Below are positions 33,101 through 44,700 of a stretch of 64,000 nt of DNA, one piece after another. The DNA is taken from assembly GCA_013239625.1 (NCBI GenBank), contig MU053376.1:1574833-1638832 (forward strand). Direction: 5' to 3'. The DNA comes from Lama guanicoe. Lineage: Eukaryota. The number at the start of each line of letters is the position of its first letter. Positions within the stretch are counted from its first letter, which is position 1. The translations under genes were made by a program, and so were the position numbers. The notes under the pieces are model-generated. The model saw only the letters and a list, made by a program, of their open reading frames with translations. It was not told the DNA's origin and did no database searches.

Positions 33101-36100
33101 ACCCCTACTTCCTGTCACACTGGCTGACAGTGAGCAGGCTGACAGTAGGGGTGAGTGGAGGGGCTCCCTGGGCTCTGGCTGGAGCTGGATTCCTTTTTTC
33201 ACAGCCTTTCCTGCCTGGGCCCCGACACCTCAGTCCCAGGCGGGGTCCTTACCACAATCAGCTCTGTAGGGATGGGGAAGTGGATCTTGTGCCTGTAGCG
33301 GGCATTCAGCTCCTTCACCAGCACCAGGAAAACACCGCTGATGAGGGCGAAGATGAGCGAGGCGACGTTGGTGTGGGGGAGGTTTTTGCAAATGTCTATG
33401 AAGGTCTGGGGAGAGAGCATCACACCCATGGGCTCCCACCCCTTCCTCCCGTACCACCCCTCACCCAGCTTCTGGCTCAGTGAAGGGACGTCGTCAGCGC
33501 TCGGGGAGGCACACCAAAGCAAAATCCACACCCTGCTCATGCACCCCGTCCCACCTTCCACCACCGTCTCCCAAAGGGCACGTGTGGAGCTCATACTGGG
33601 AGGGCAGTGCTGATCCCATCCTCTTTCTCTAGAAAGAGTTCAAGCTAAAGGAGAGGGATGGAGATTAGACATAAGGAAGGACTTCCCAGGCAGGAAGGGT
33701 TTGAGGCACTGGAACGGGGAACTGATGGAGACCGTACCTCTCCTTTTCTGCAGGGATTAACCACAGAGAACCTCAAGGTCATGTGTTTGATGTGTTTGAC
33801 CCTCCCTCCCAAAGTGGGAACCCCTCAGAATCCTCTCTGAACAGCTGGTCACCCAGCCTGTCCTTGAGAACATCTGATAGAGAGGTGCTCACAACTTAAG
33901 ACAGTCAGCTCCGCTTATGTGCCCGCTCAAGCCCCTCTCCGTTCTCGGGGCTGTGTTCCTAGACTCACAAGGACGATGGCCCCTGGGCCCGTGTAGGGGG
34001 GGATGGTCAGTCCAAAGATGTACTTGAGCACGGAGATCAGGATCTGCAGGCCGGCGGCCGTCATGAAGCCCCGGATGAAGGACTCGGAGAGGTAGATGGC
34101 CACAAAGCCAAACTGCACGAAGCCCAGGCCCATCTGAGAGGAGAGGAGGGTGGGAGGAGACCAGGAAAGGTCGGCAGTTCCCGCACCTGCCTGACCCACA
34201 CCAGGGCGGAGGTCTGTGCAGCCCTGGGATGGCAGTAGCTCTAGAGAAATGCACCCTTGGTGACCTTGTCTTTTACTGCCAGCAGACCTTTAGTCCCTCA
34301 GGGCCTGGGCCTCTTGCACTTCACCTTCGTTGGCTCCAGTTGCCTCGTCTGTAAAATGAACCTGGTACTCACCAGTGTTTCCTCTTTCAGTAGGCGGCAC
34401 ACCCATCCACCCAGTGGGCCAACTAAAAATTTGGGAGTCATCCTCCCTCACCTCTCATGTCCGATTGATCACCAAGCTCTGTTCATCTGGCTCTTGGCAA
34501 AATGTTCCTCAAGTCCACCCTGCACCTCCATGGCCACCACCCTGGTCTCGGCCCTTATCACTCTTGCCTGGACCTCGCATCATCTCCCAACAGGTCCTCT
34601 GCCTTGATTCGAACCCACCTCCCACCCATCATCTTCTCCATGGTCTGAATGATCCAACTGGACCCAAAGCTACTGCTTAGGGGACCTCAGACTTCATTGT
34701 CTGACCCCCCCCTACTTTTCTGGCCCCTTCTCTGGCCCATTTCCCAAAGGCCCCCTGCCCTCTGGCCACACCAAACTCCTTGTCTTGCCATTCTCTGGTC
34801 AGTTCACACTCTCTCAGGCCTCAGTGCTTTGGGGTGCTGTTCTCTCTGCCTGGACTGTCCTTCTGTGCCCTGTTCATTTGGTTATTGGTCAACTTCTAGT
34901 CATCCTTTAATTAATTAAAAAAATTTTAACTTATTAAATTTTTGGTGGGGGTGGAAATTAGGTTTATTTATTTATTTTAGTGGAGGTACTGGGGATTGAA
35001 CCCAGGACCTTGTGCATGCTAAGCACACACTGTACCACTGAGCTGTACCCTCCCCTCTCTAGTCATCCTTTTAGGCTGAGGTCATATGCCACCTCCTCTC
35101 TTTGAGGAGAGGCCTTCCCTAACTTTTCCTTTGGTGTTCCCACTGCTGTTGGTACTTAGCTCCATTATGTTACTTATCTCACTGCCGACACATTTATTTA
35201 TGTTGATTTGGCTACTTCCTTTACTGGGCTGTGAGCTCCTTGAGAACTGGGTCTCTTTCTTTCTTATCTTCTATCCCCAGAGCCTAGCCTAGTTCCTGGC
35301 ACAGTGAAACAACCGAAAAAACATTAATCAAATGAATCAGTGAACGAAAGGTGCCCTCGGAGGTTGCTTCCTGCTCTGATATTCTGTCCAGCTGTGTGTG
35401 CCTTCGTAAAATCTGGCAGTCCTTTGCATGTGGTGGAAAGGCAATTTACATCGTGCAGGTGATGCTGTGGCTTGGAGCGGAGGAGGCTGGAGCGGGATGA
35501 GGGATGTTAGAGAAACTGGAGGACTGTGCTGGCAGACAGCCAGGCACTGGAAAGGGTAGTGGAAAGGGGCCCCGAGTCCTTTGGACAGCCATTAGCTCAG
35601 GACAGTTTTCTTAGAGCAGATGCTGGTCTTATGCACCTGCTGGAGGCAGATGAGGAGATACTCTGACTTCTCAAGGTTTTTTGTGGCCTCAGAATGGGAA
35701 AGAGGAAGGAAGCAGAGCCCTAAATGGCAGCTTCAATGTCAAAACTGGGACTCTGAGGCAGGGCCAGGGTGGGCTGATGCCTTCCTGAGGTGGGGCCCTG
35801 GCAGACGGAGGCCGTCCCCCTCACCTGGATGATGGCAGTCAGGCAGGCTAGTGTCGCTGACACGTGAAGCCTCTCCGCCTCCATGGCTGCCGTGTCCACG
35901 TAGCTCTCGTTGGTGGTATAGTTGAAGACCCGGAATTTCGACTCTGGGGCCAGCTGCAGACAGATGTTACCCACCAGCATGCTGATAACGGCAAAGGTAC
36001 CTGTGGTGCCCCACCCAGCCAGCAAAAGTCAGAGGTTTGGACCACACCCATGGAAACCAGAGAGGGGCTCCCAGTCCCTACGGGGGTGGAGTCCCATGCC

Positions 36101-39100
36101 TGCAAGGCTCCTCTCCTGCATGACAACCGCTCACATCTAACCAGGATCTACACTCTTCAAGGTGCTTTCACCCCAACTGTTAATATTATTTTCTTGGACA
36201 CATGAGGATATGGATTGGGAAATACAAGCAGAGCCTGAGCCAGAAAACAGACCTTTTTCTCCATCTCACTTAGTGCCGGAGGACTCCAAATGTCCCTGAA
36301 GTGGCCTGCTGGGACCCCTCTGGGGGTTAGACAGTAATTTCTCATCTCTGTTGAGCTCTTTATGGCATATGGTGTATCTTGTTCCACCCAGTCTTCCCCA
36401 CAATTCCAGGGAGGGAGACTGAACAGCTAATGCTAAGTGAGCTCCCAGAAGCTAAGAGGCTTCTTCAAGGTCACAGAAGACCTGGGACTGACACTCACAG
36501 TGACAGTCCCTCCAGGACCACCCAGCACCAACTAGAGGACAATGCAGATGGGAAATCACCCAAATCCTCTTTGCCACCCACCCATCCCTCCTTGTGGTCC
36601 AGGCCACCCTGCCTGCTGAGAGGGGAGAGGACTTACCTGGCACCATCTGGCGTATGCCCCCCAGGAAGAAATAGGTCAGGAGGGGGAAGAAGGAGGAGTA
36701 GAGGCCGTTGACTGCAGGAAGGTTGGCCAGCAGAGCAAATGCCATGCCTGAACAGGACAGAGAGGTTGAAGGCCCAGGGGCATGGTCAGGTTATGGAGGT
36801 CGCAGAGGGTAGGGGCGGGGAGAGGAATAAGCTGAGCTGAGGGGATCCCCTCACCTTGTGGGACCTGGATGGATCCACCGCTGAGGCCTCCAAGAAGGTC
36901 CGGGACGAGGTAGTCTTTGATCTTGTACTTGGGGAGCCAAGAGAGCACGGGGAACAGCCCAGACAGCGTGGTTTTGATCTTGGCTGAGGAACACCTAGAA
37001 GGGATGAAGGCAGGTTTCCAGTCAGTACTGCACAGTCTGGACACTCCAAGTCGGGGAGAGATTATAACATCCTGTTCCTGGTCATCCATTCATCCCCTCC
37101 CTCATTCATTCCAAACTCTTTCAACAGTCAGTGAGCAGGCGCACTGTGGGGTGTGCAGGGATGCTGAGAAGTAAAGGCAGGGACTTTCTCTTGAGAGCCA
37201 TCCCCACTTCCTGGGCATCAGCTGGAGGTCTTCTGAGCGCTGGCTGCTCACCTGGGGAGTCTACAAGGTTTGGCTAAAGGTATGGATTGTGGGGTGGCCT
37301 AGCCTTCCGAGATGTCAAGTCCAGCCCCCATCTCAGATGGCCTTTCTCTGGTCGGATGGGACACAGGCGCCGGGCAGCCTCGTCTGGGCTCCTGCAGCAT
37401 TGTGTGTACCTTGTGCTGTAATTTCTTGCTTTCCATCTATCTCTCCCACTACGCAGTAAAGCCCACCATGGAGAGAAGTCTGTTCGCCTTTGTATACCTC
37501 GTGCGTTAACTGGGGTGCTTAGTAGATATCTGTTGATATGGATGAATGAATAAGTGAAAGAATGGGCCTGAATTGAAACTCAGTTTGAGTGAGGGCAGTT
37601 TCTTGGAACTGCCCCTCAAAGGAAGGTTCCGTTGTCCCTGCAGGGTGCACCTCTGCTCACCCACCATCCTTCGTGTGCAATGACTCCAAGGCTGGAGTTC
37701 TTTCCCCCGTTAATTCTTCAGGAGAGGGAAGAATGGGGAGCTGTTCGTTGGTCAACACAGGGTGGGGACAGTTGATTTCTCTGCTGTTTGCTGAACACCT
37801 TGAGGTCTTTTCATAGCAGCTCCGGAGCGGTAGGAACAAGGGCCTTCAATCTGAAGGGTGACAACTGGTGGATTGATGACTGAAAGAGGGTGGGAGGCGC
37901 TTGCTTTCCTTCTCCCAGATGAGGGAACTCAAATACTCAGGGCCCATCAGGTGACTCACTGGCCTGCTCTGATTAGGCCTCCTTGCCTGCCCAGCACCAA
38001 CTGCTGCCCTCTGCTATTGCTCAACCGTAGCTTCCCTGACACCGGGTCCTCTGGATGTCACCCAAAGCTGAAACTGACACAGACAATGCTTCCTACCCTG
38101 AAAAGTCTGCATAGATTTTTCTGTCCCAACCAACACTTCGTGAAACAGCATCACCGTCAACGCCTGACTCCTTGGTCTCCCCTGGGGCGGGGAGCTGCCT
38201 CTCCCAACCCTGGGATGGTGGATGGGGAGCTGGACTTGGACTAGTTTAAAGCATCGTCCTAAGAGAGAACCTGCCCTGCAGAAACTGTCAGGTTTGTTCA
38301 TGTCAGGGAACTGGACTCGTGAGTGGAGAGCTGGCTTGGGGAAGAGAAACAGCCCACGGGAGGGCTTGTACATGCCCGGCCTTACTTGCAAGCCTGTCAT
38401 ATTTGGTGCAAAACATTCTGAAGCCTAAGAGAAGAGCTGGAAACAGATGCCAAACACCTAGACAGAGGTTCCAGAAGCCAAGCGGGAAATGGACAGAGGG
38501 ATTCGCTTTCTAGACATTCATTCATTCATTAAACAAATACCTATCAGAGCACCTTCTGTGTGTCAGGCACCGTTCAAGGCTCTCCTGCCAGCCTTGTGGG
38601 AACTGTTAATTTCCTTTATGATTTTCGTCGTCCTCACCTTTCAGGACAACAGCCGATACCCTCATCCCTCCAGCACAGAAACAACCCAAACTTAAACTCT
38701 TTAGACACAAAGGCCGGCAGAGCCCACCTGTCCGAGGGGCACAGCTGTGGAAATGGTGCCAGGACACCGGCACTCATGGCCTTGACTGCAACCGGGCAGA
38801 GAAGGAGCCTCCCAGGAGAGGGAGGGTTGGACGAGGGCTTTCAGCGAAGACTCAAGTGGGTGATTCCCCCAGCCTGAACCAGTTCCACCTGCATCTCCAC
38901 CTCAGCTATTGCCATTGACCTGAATCCAGGTAACTGAATCAGCTCTTTCCCCAGGGGAGTGAGGATGGGTAAGCCAGACCACAGTGAGGCCTGAGGGAGG
39001 TCAGCCAGACGTCTGGGAAGGGGGAAGGTGAAGCTTACAACCTCAGGCAGCTGGACTGTGGGTTTAGGTCACCTGGCAGAGCCCCCTTTTTATAGGCATG

Positions 39101-39794
39101 GTTTCACAACGCCCCAGCCCAGTTCCAGGGATCTGAAAGGGGAACGAGCCTGGGGGCTGGTGAGACCACCTGTTGGTAGGTGCACTTTAGGAGAGCCCAG
39201 GAATGCAGGGGCTGCCTCTGGGTATTGTCTGGACTGGGGAATGGAAGGAGCATCCCGGAGGGAAAGAGGACAAAGTGCACGGGGTGGTGGAGGCTTCAGA
39301 TTTTTCTTGATAAGGAAGAGACAGGACACAGAAGAAGAGGCGGGAGGTAGCAAGCTCTTCTCCAGCTCCCTTAAGAACCCAGGAGAGACTCAACTGGTCT
39401 GAGAATATGGCAAGACCTCACCCAGGGGGGTGGGGATGCCTTACAACCCTTCTGAGCTGTGGATGGTCCCTGCTCCCACTCCCCGTCCTCCTTGGGGGTC
39501 TCAGTAGAGATGAGATGTAGGATCTCAAATGCAGGGTTCAGAACCTCACTTCCCCAAGGCTTCCCCAAGTCCTGTCTTAGGGACGCTGACGCAGGAGCCA
39601 TGCCCCTGGTGCAGGAGGATTTTAGTGGGAAAGAGAGGAAAGAAGAGTCTGGGCTCCGGGCCACGTTACCTGAAGGCATTGCGAAGTTTCTCTCCCAGTG
39701 GGTATGTCCGGTCCTTCTTCTCAAACTCATCATCGAAGAGGGTGAGGGAGTATGCAGCTCTGTCTACCACGTAGCGGGGCCTGGGCTGGCTCAT
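20952..39794 (-). CDS. SLC26A9: SLC26A9, solute carrier family 26 member 9 (Cl-/HCO3- transporter/channel with STAS domain); complete, 791 aa
   Basis: Twenty coding exons with GT-AG boundaries sum to 2376 nt with no internal stop. The protein starts MSQPRPRYVVDRAAYSL and ends EMFGSMFHAETLTAL (PDZ-binding TAL). SLC26 motifs QVPQGMAFALLA, GLYSSFFP, NQEMIALG and STAS LILDMSGVSFVD are present. Confidence 0.98.
21124..21161 (+). repeat. (GT)19 microsatellite in the last SLC26A9 intron
   Basis: Perfect tandem run about 125 nt from the last-exon acceptor. Confidence 0.95.
21725..21884 (-). mobile_element. Vic-1-like SINE in SLC26A9 intron 20
   Basis: Same family consensus with a T-rich (antisense) tail. 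Confidence 0.9.
22456..22527 (-). CDS. SLC26A9: SLC26A9 exon 20
   Basis: PPVDPELSLYDSKDDVPSYWDLEQ; 72 nt. Confidence 0.94.
24026..24171 (-). CDS. SLC26A9: SLC26A9 exon 19
   Basis: QVYNDISHGGVFEDG...FPSIHDAVLFAQ...HEFQG; 146 nt. Confidence 0.96.
25093..25281 (+). mobile_element. Vic-1-like SINE with a CA/GA microsatellite tail
   Basis: ggggcagggtatagctcagtggtcgagcacatgcttagcat...gggttcaatccccc, followed by an interrupted (CA)n at 25211-25281. Confidence 0.9.
25521..25575 (-). CDS. SLC26A9: SLC26A9 exon 18
   Basis: LSATFGKIGVKVFLVNIH; 55 nt. Confidence 0.95.
26646..26927 (-). CDS. SLC26A9: SLC26A9 exon 17 (STAS intervening sequence)
   Basis: TVSLQELQQDFENPSPTDPNNNQ...LILDMSGVSFVDLMGIKALAK; 282 nt. 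Confidence 0.96.
27561..27674 (-). CDS. SLC26A9: SLC26A9 exon 16
   Basis: TGVDPQKVLLAKQKCLRKQEEGKIMPKQQRKSLFMKTK; 114 nt. Confidence 0.95.
27813..27905 (-). CDS. SLC26A9: SLC26A9 exon 15
   Basis: AQEVQGVKIVTYCSPLYFANSEIFRQKVIAK; 93 nt. Confidence 0.96.
28027..28096 (-). CDS. SLC26A9: SLC26A9 exon 14
   Basis: RNGYALAQITDTDIYVNPKTYIK; 70 nt. Confidence 0.95.
28828..28934 (-). CDS. SLC26A9: SLC26A9 exon 13
   Basis: CIWVVSFLSAFFLSLPYGVAVGVAFSVLVVVFQTQ; 107 nt. Confidence 0.96.
29148..29350 (+). mobile_element. MIR
   Basis: tRNA-like head ctgggttccaag...cttactggctacgtgagcc and MIR tail. Confidence 0.55.
30619..30714 (-). CDS. SLC26A9: SLC26A9 exon 12
   Basis: SVLGALIAVNLKNSLKQLADPYYLWRKSKLDC; 96 nt. 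Confidence 0.96.
31255..31332 (-). CDS. SLC26A9: SLC26A9 exon 11
   Basis: ISSLCVSLVVMITMLVLGTYLYPLPK; 78 nt. Confidence 0.94.
31526..31639 (-). CDS. SLC26A9: SLC26A9 exon 10
   Basis: EMIALGCSNFFGSFFKIHVICCALSVTLAVDGAGGKSQ; 114 nt. Confidence 0.97.
31925..32072 (-). CDS. SLC26A9: SLC26A9 exon 9
   Basis: FPTPVSPAVSQWKDMIG...GYDVDSNQ; 148 nt. Confidence 0.96.
32836..32918 (-). CDS. SLC26A9: SLC26A9 exon 8
   Basis: VVVATAISGGCKMPSKYQMQIVGEIQQ; 83 nt. Confidence 0.95.
33253..33405 (-). CDS. SLC26A9: SLC26A9 exon 7
   Basis: TFIDICKNLPHTN...FPIPTELIV; 153 nt. Confidence 0.96.
33969..34133 (-). CDS. SLC26A9: SLC26A9 exon 6
   Basis: MGLGFVQFGFVAIYLSESFIRGFMTAAG...GAIVL; 165 nt. Confidence 0.96.
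34330..35345 (+). mobile_element. L2 relic interrupted by a SINE
   Basis: L2 3' features: ttgggagtcatcct, ctgtgagctccttgag, cctagttcctggcacagt, aatgaatcagtgaa. Confidence 0.6.
34909..35057 (-). mobile_element. Vic-1-like SINE with a perfect 14-bp TSD, inserted in an L2 relic
   Basis: TSD tctagtcatccttt at 34895-34908 and 35058-35071. Confidence 0.93.
35825..36000 (-). CDS. SLC26A9: SLC26A9 exon 5
   Basis: TFAVISMLVGNICLQLAPE...LACLTAIIQ; 176 nt. Confidence 0.96.
36637..36747 (-). CDS. SLC26A9: SLC26A9 exon 4
   Basis: MAFALLANLPAVNGLYSSFFPLLTYFFLGGIRQMVP; 111 nt. Confidence 0.96.
36855..36994 (-). CDS. SLC26A9: SLC26A9 exon 3
   Basis: CSSAKIKTTLSGLFPVLSWLPKY...IQVPQ; 140 nt. Confidence 0.96.
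39670..39794 (-). CDS. SLC26A9: SLC26A9 exon 2, coding part (exon probably starts at 39812)
   Basis: MSQPRPRYVVDRAAYSLTLFDDEFEKKDRTYPLGEKLRNAF; acceptor cttctcccaaag| lies 18 nt upstream of the ATG. Confidence 0.96.
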
Positions 39795-40771
39795 GTCTGG
39801 GGCATTTACAAGCTTTGGGAGAAGCAGAGCAGGGGAGAGTGAGGGGCATCCCTTTCCAGCGCCGGCCTGGGCCTTCTCTCCCGTCCTAGCTCAGCAGAGT
39901 TTTATTATGTCTTCCCCGCCCCCAGCGAGCAAGGTGCCTCCCTTCCTTCTTTCAGGTCTTTCCGCCAGACTCACTTCTCCTGGTGGCCTTCCTTCCCAGG
40001 CACCGATGATGCATATACTTGCCCTGGCTGTTTTGCTTGGCACCCAACATGTGGCTGGCACTCCACACCCGTGACATCGCTGTCACCCCCGCTGAACACC
40101 AGGCAAAAAGGAGGTGGGCGTCACAGCTGGGATTCAGCAGGGTCATCCCCTTCCCCACCCCCAGCGTCAGCCCCTGGTGCCCCCCACTGTCCCCTCAGGC
40201 TCCCCAGACCTCAGTTTCCGTGGCAGAAAGGCTCATCCCATTCAACCAGTCAGCTTGGAAGAAACAGAGAAAACAGCCTGCCTGGTAGGGGCTTAGCTGA
40301 GGTGACCTCAGGAGGACCTCAGCTAAGCTAAAGGAGCTACTTAGAACTTCACCAACAGGTTTCCCCAGGGGAACGATAGTCTGTCTGGGGAAATCAGGAT
40401 GGTCCACACCAGGCTGGCTCTCCCACGGCTTCCTGTGTCTAACCTTTCCTCCACCCTTGTGTACTGGCATCTCTCTCCTCCTCGCTTTTTGCGCAACCTT
40501 GCTGACATTCCCGGAGCTGAGCAGGATAGAGCTAAGGGCTAGGGCCCCTGAGGCCCAGAGGAGCTCCCTGCAGGGATCTTTCCCTCCTCCCTCCTCCCGC
40601 TGCTGGTCCCTCTCCTGTCTCCCTCCCCCCAGAGCTGGCAGAAGCCCTCCTGGAGGACCTCAGAGGAAGACGGAGGGAGAGGAAGAGATGGGGCAGGCTT
40701 AGAGAGAGATTGACATCTGGGAGGTGGGGAGTTTGGGATGGCTGTGGCCAGTTTGGCAGAAGACTTGAGAT

Positions 40772-40890
40772 GAGAAGGATATAGCTCAGTGGTAGAGTAT
40801 GTGCTTAGCAGGCACAAGGTCCTGGGTTCAATCCCCAGTACCTCCACTAAATAAATAAATAGATAAAAACCTAATTACCCACCCCCCAAA
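40772..40890 (+). mobile_element. Vic-1-like SINE in SLC26A9 intron 1
   Basis: atagctcagtggtagag...gggttcaatccccagtacctcca, then (TAAA)n and taattaccc. Confidence 0.9.
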
Positions 40891-41554
40891 AGGTGAGAAA
40901 CCACACAGGGGGATCAGGATGCCCCCAGCCTTCCTAGCGGGGAACGTGGGTGAGTGAGAGGTTATCAGAGGGGAGCAGGCTGGCTGATACCTTTTGTGGA
41001 TGAAAACACAGCAGTAAAGGCCTAGAAACCTGGGGTCTAGTCCTGGCTTCACTGATGAAGTGGAAGGGGCAGTATTAACCTTGCTGAACCTCAGATTCCT
41101 CGTCAGCAAAACTGAGGTAACATATCATCTCCCAGGCTTGTTCTGAGGATCCAATGAGTAAATGGACAAGAGAGGGTTATGTAACATGTAAGCAGTGATG
41201 CAAATGCGAGTTGTTATTGTGAATAAGACTGTGTCCAGGTGGATGAAGGTTGTTCTGGTGCAATCCACTCGTGTGGTCACAGGACCCTGGGGTCCCCCAG
41301 GACCTGTAAGGGTGGGCTGGGTGCCCGGCAACCCCCACCCCCTCACAGATACCCAACTGGCAGGGAAGCGGGGGAAGGAGCCTGCCCACAGCGCCTGTGC
41401 CCAGCCCCTTGCCTGGCACTCAGTATGCAGCCAACAAATGCTTGTTGAGTGAATCAACGGATGCTGCTTTGGAGAAGACATGGCAGAAATGTAAGTAAGA
41501 GTAAGAGCAGTGGCATTTGAGATATTTCAGTGGGAGAAGTGAGAAATTGACCCG

Positions 41555-41740
41555 CATGAGGAAAACAGCACAAGTTTTGGAGCCAGAAGGACCTGGGTTC
41601 AAAGATTCAGTTTCTTCACCTGTAAATGGGGATAATAACAGTCCCAGGTGGTTGCCGTGAGGATGAAATGAGATCGTACGTGTGCAGTGGCTGCTTTTCC
41701 AAGGGCACTCAGTAAATGGTAACGGCGATGATTACTATGA
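41555..41740 (+). mobile_element. MIR
   Basis: ctgggttcaaa...tcagtttcttcacctgtaaatggggataataac. Confidence 0.65.
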
Positions 41741-44700
41741 TTAAGACGGGAGGGTGCCTCTTTCCTCTTGGGAGAGATTATTCAGAGGCTCCCAGCCCTT
41801 TGCCTCCAGTGAGGCAGGGGGACCTTGCTTCTCCTTCTCCTCCCTACCCTCCCCAGGGTCTGGAAGGGTCCAGTTTTCCAGTGGTTTGCCTGGCAGGCCC
41901 TTTGGGAAGCAATGAGTTGGGGGCCTGACCTTCCAGAGGGATCCAGAGCTCCAGCCCCACTTCAGAGGAAGACCTGTAGTTTGGGGAGTCAGTGCCCAGC
42001 CCCCCAACAGGCTGCTGGTAAAGGAATAGCCAAAAATGTCAAGGGGGCTCAACCAGAAGAGGGAAGGGGGCTGATGGGAGATCTTGTTTCCATGCCAAGC
42101 AGCAGATGGTGGTACCCAAAGCCCCTTCCCAGGCTGCTTTCAAAGGTGCTAGTGGTGGTACGTTTGTGGGGAGGGGGTTGCTAACATCTGGTCCTACTGA
42201 CACTAACCCGACTCCCCCACCCTATCCCCCCCGACCCCGCACACTTGTTCCTGCCCTTCCCCTCCTGCCAGCCTCCACATTGTTGTTCATCAAATCCCAT
42301 TGCTAATTCCTTCCAGTGTCTCTCCTGTCCCCACCCTCCCAGGTCTTATCGCACACCTGGACTGTTGCGTTAGCCTTGGACCATGCCCCCCCTGCTCAGA
42401 AACCCTCAGCTTCCTCATTTCCAGGAGGCTCAAGCCCACCCAGACTCCTTATTTTGTGGCATGTTTGTCCTTTTCCCACCCGGCCCTGTTTTGCTGGACT
42501 CAGGAGATGTATCGGCTGGATCTGCCCGCTCCATCCAGGCTGTCTACTCAGCACCCTCAGGCAAGCTTCCTCAGTTTTTCCTCTGGAGTTCTGTCCACAC
42601 TTTCCTCCTTCCCCGAGATGCCCTGGCTCATTCTGCCTTTCTAGCCCTGCCCATCCTTAAGACCTGTTTAGGTTCCTCCTCCTCCCTCTCCTCCCTCTTC
42701 CCACGCTCCTCTTCCTCTTCTGTGAAACCTTTCAAGGCCATCCTGGCCTCCTTGGATCTCCTTTATTGGGCCCTCTCCAGCCTGTACTCCACTGTTGGCT
42801 TTGACCGCTGCTGGTTGTCACTTGCAGGGAAGGGAGGCAGGAAAGGGGGTGATGGTGCTAGAAATTCTTCTGAGGGCACAGGTGGATGTTGCAGGAACGT
42901 TTCTCCCTCTGGGGTCGGGCCTTACACAGGTGAGGGTTAGATGCTAGGGGACCTCCTGCTTACACAGGCTGACGGAGGAGGGAAGCGCCCTTGCTTTACT
43001 GGAATGCAAAATCTGTCCCTTTCTTCACGCCCTCAGCTCACTTCATTCCAGAAATAGGATATTGAAAGGGAGAAGGCTTCGGGAGCTTTCCCAGTTCTGA
43101 GTGTACATGACACATAAAAACAGGAATCCAGCAGCAGACGCAGAAGGATTTGTCCAGAAGGGAACCTGAGGACGAGGCGGGTCCAACTCTCTCATGTTGA
43201 GGAAACTGACTCTTAGGGGCGGGATGGGAATTCGAACAAGGCCTTCGACTCCCGCTCAAGTGCTTCTGTTGAAAAGGCCCCAGACCTGCCAGAGACGCCC
43301 CTGATCCTGCTCTCTGGGGTTGCCCCTGAGTTGCATCGGACCACCCTGGTGGCCTTGCATCCCAGCAGTGATACAGGACTTCTGGGTTCCGCTTCTCCTC
43401 TCGAGGGCTCTGCTGTGGGTCCTGACACCTCTCCTGGCTTGGCTTTCCTGGGACCGGGACAGAGTGGTGAATCGGCAGTCACACGAGCTGCCCCAGCTCC
43501 AGGTGAGGAGGTGCCCTGGTCATACTTCCTAATTCCAAGAACAGGAGCTGAGGCTGGGTGGGGCTTAGGAGGGGAGCTTACTTCATCCGCAGCCAGTCCT
43601 TCAGGCCAAGGAGGAGAGGGGGATGGGAGAGGTGGAAGAGGGTGAGCTGGCCTCCTGGTGGGAGGCACCGCCTCTCCTAGATGGCTCCCAGGGTTCTCAG
43701 AGAGTTCAGGGGCTCCCAGGGACCCCCAGAGAGGGCTCCTACAATGCTAGGTTGGAGTGGGAAGGTGAAAGAGGGAGCAAGAAAGGGAGAGAGGTATAGG
43801 GAACGTGAAGACTTGATCCCTAGTTAAACAAACACACAGCCCTGCCAAGTGATGTCAGCATCGCTGAAAAAAGTCGGGCGCTGTATTACCTTAAGTGTGT
43901 ATCACCGAGCCCGGCCTCCCATCCACCGCCTCCCATCCCCCACCGGTGCCATGTGACAATATTGAGGGACAAAAGTGTGCCCCTGCCCCCTCCCCCACTG
44001 TGGAGGAAAGGAGGAGGGTCCTGAGTTGCTGGAGAGACCTAGATGGGGTCTGTGGGGCTTAAGGGTGAAGAGGGAAAAGCAGAGGTCAGAAGAGGTGGTT
44101 GTATGGACAACTCCCCCGGCTTGGCAGGTCACATCTGGGGCCAGGGGATTTAGGGGTCTTGGAGAGATAATGAGCTGGGGATGGGGACGAAGGGGAAATG
44201 GACTCTGCAGGGAGGGCACAGGCCAGAGCAGACCCGCCTCTTGGGCTTCAGGATCCTCATCAGAATCTTAATTTCCTCCAAAGTGAGCTCACAGCAAAGA
44301 AAGCCCACTGGAATCTCCTCCCAGTCATATTTCCGGCTAGGTCTCTCTCCATCACCCATGAGAATACTGTGGGGAGGGGTGGGCTCAGGCATAGTGCCCA
44401 GGTTAATGCATAGGAAGGTTTGGCACGGTGCCTGCCCACTGTACACGTGCAACAGATTCGGACTGTGTGGTTCTTATTACTCTACCCTGGAGGGCTCTCT
44501 TCCTCGCTTCTCTGCAACCTCAGGAAGGTCACTCTGCCTTTCTCTCTCTTCCTTTTCCCATCTGCTCCTACATGTGTCCCACCCGCCCTTCCCCACTCCC
44601 GTGTTCCTCCAAAATTTCCCAGGACTGGTGAGAGAAACACAGAAAATCTTTTGAGGAGTGGGCAGGACATCCGGGGAGCAGGGAGGCGAGGAGCCCGTCT

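Noticed and set aside
20952..39794. Possible pseudogenisation of SLC26A9 or PM20D1, suggested by the fragmentary ORF track
   Set aside because: Manual splicing gives intact frames, canonical splice sites and retained functional motifs.
40772..40846. SINE heads resembling intact tRNA-Ala genes
   Set aside because: They have stem mismatches, A-rich tails, the family-specific 3' block and often TSDs, so they are SINEs rather than tRNA genes.
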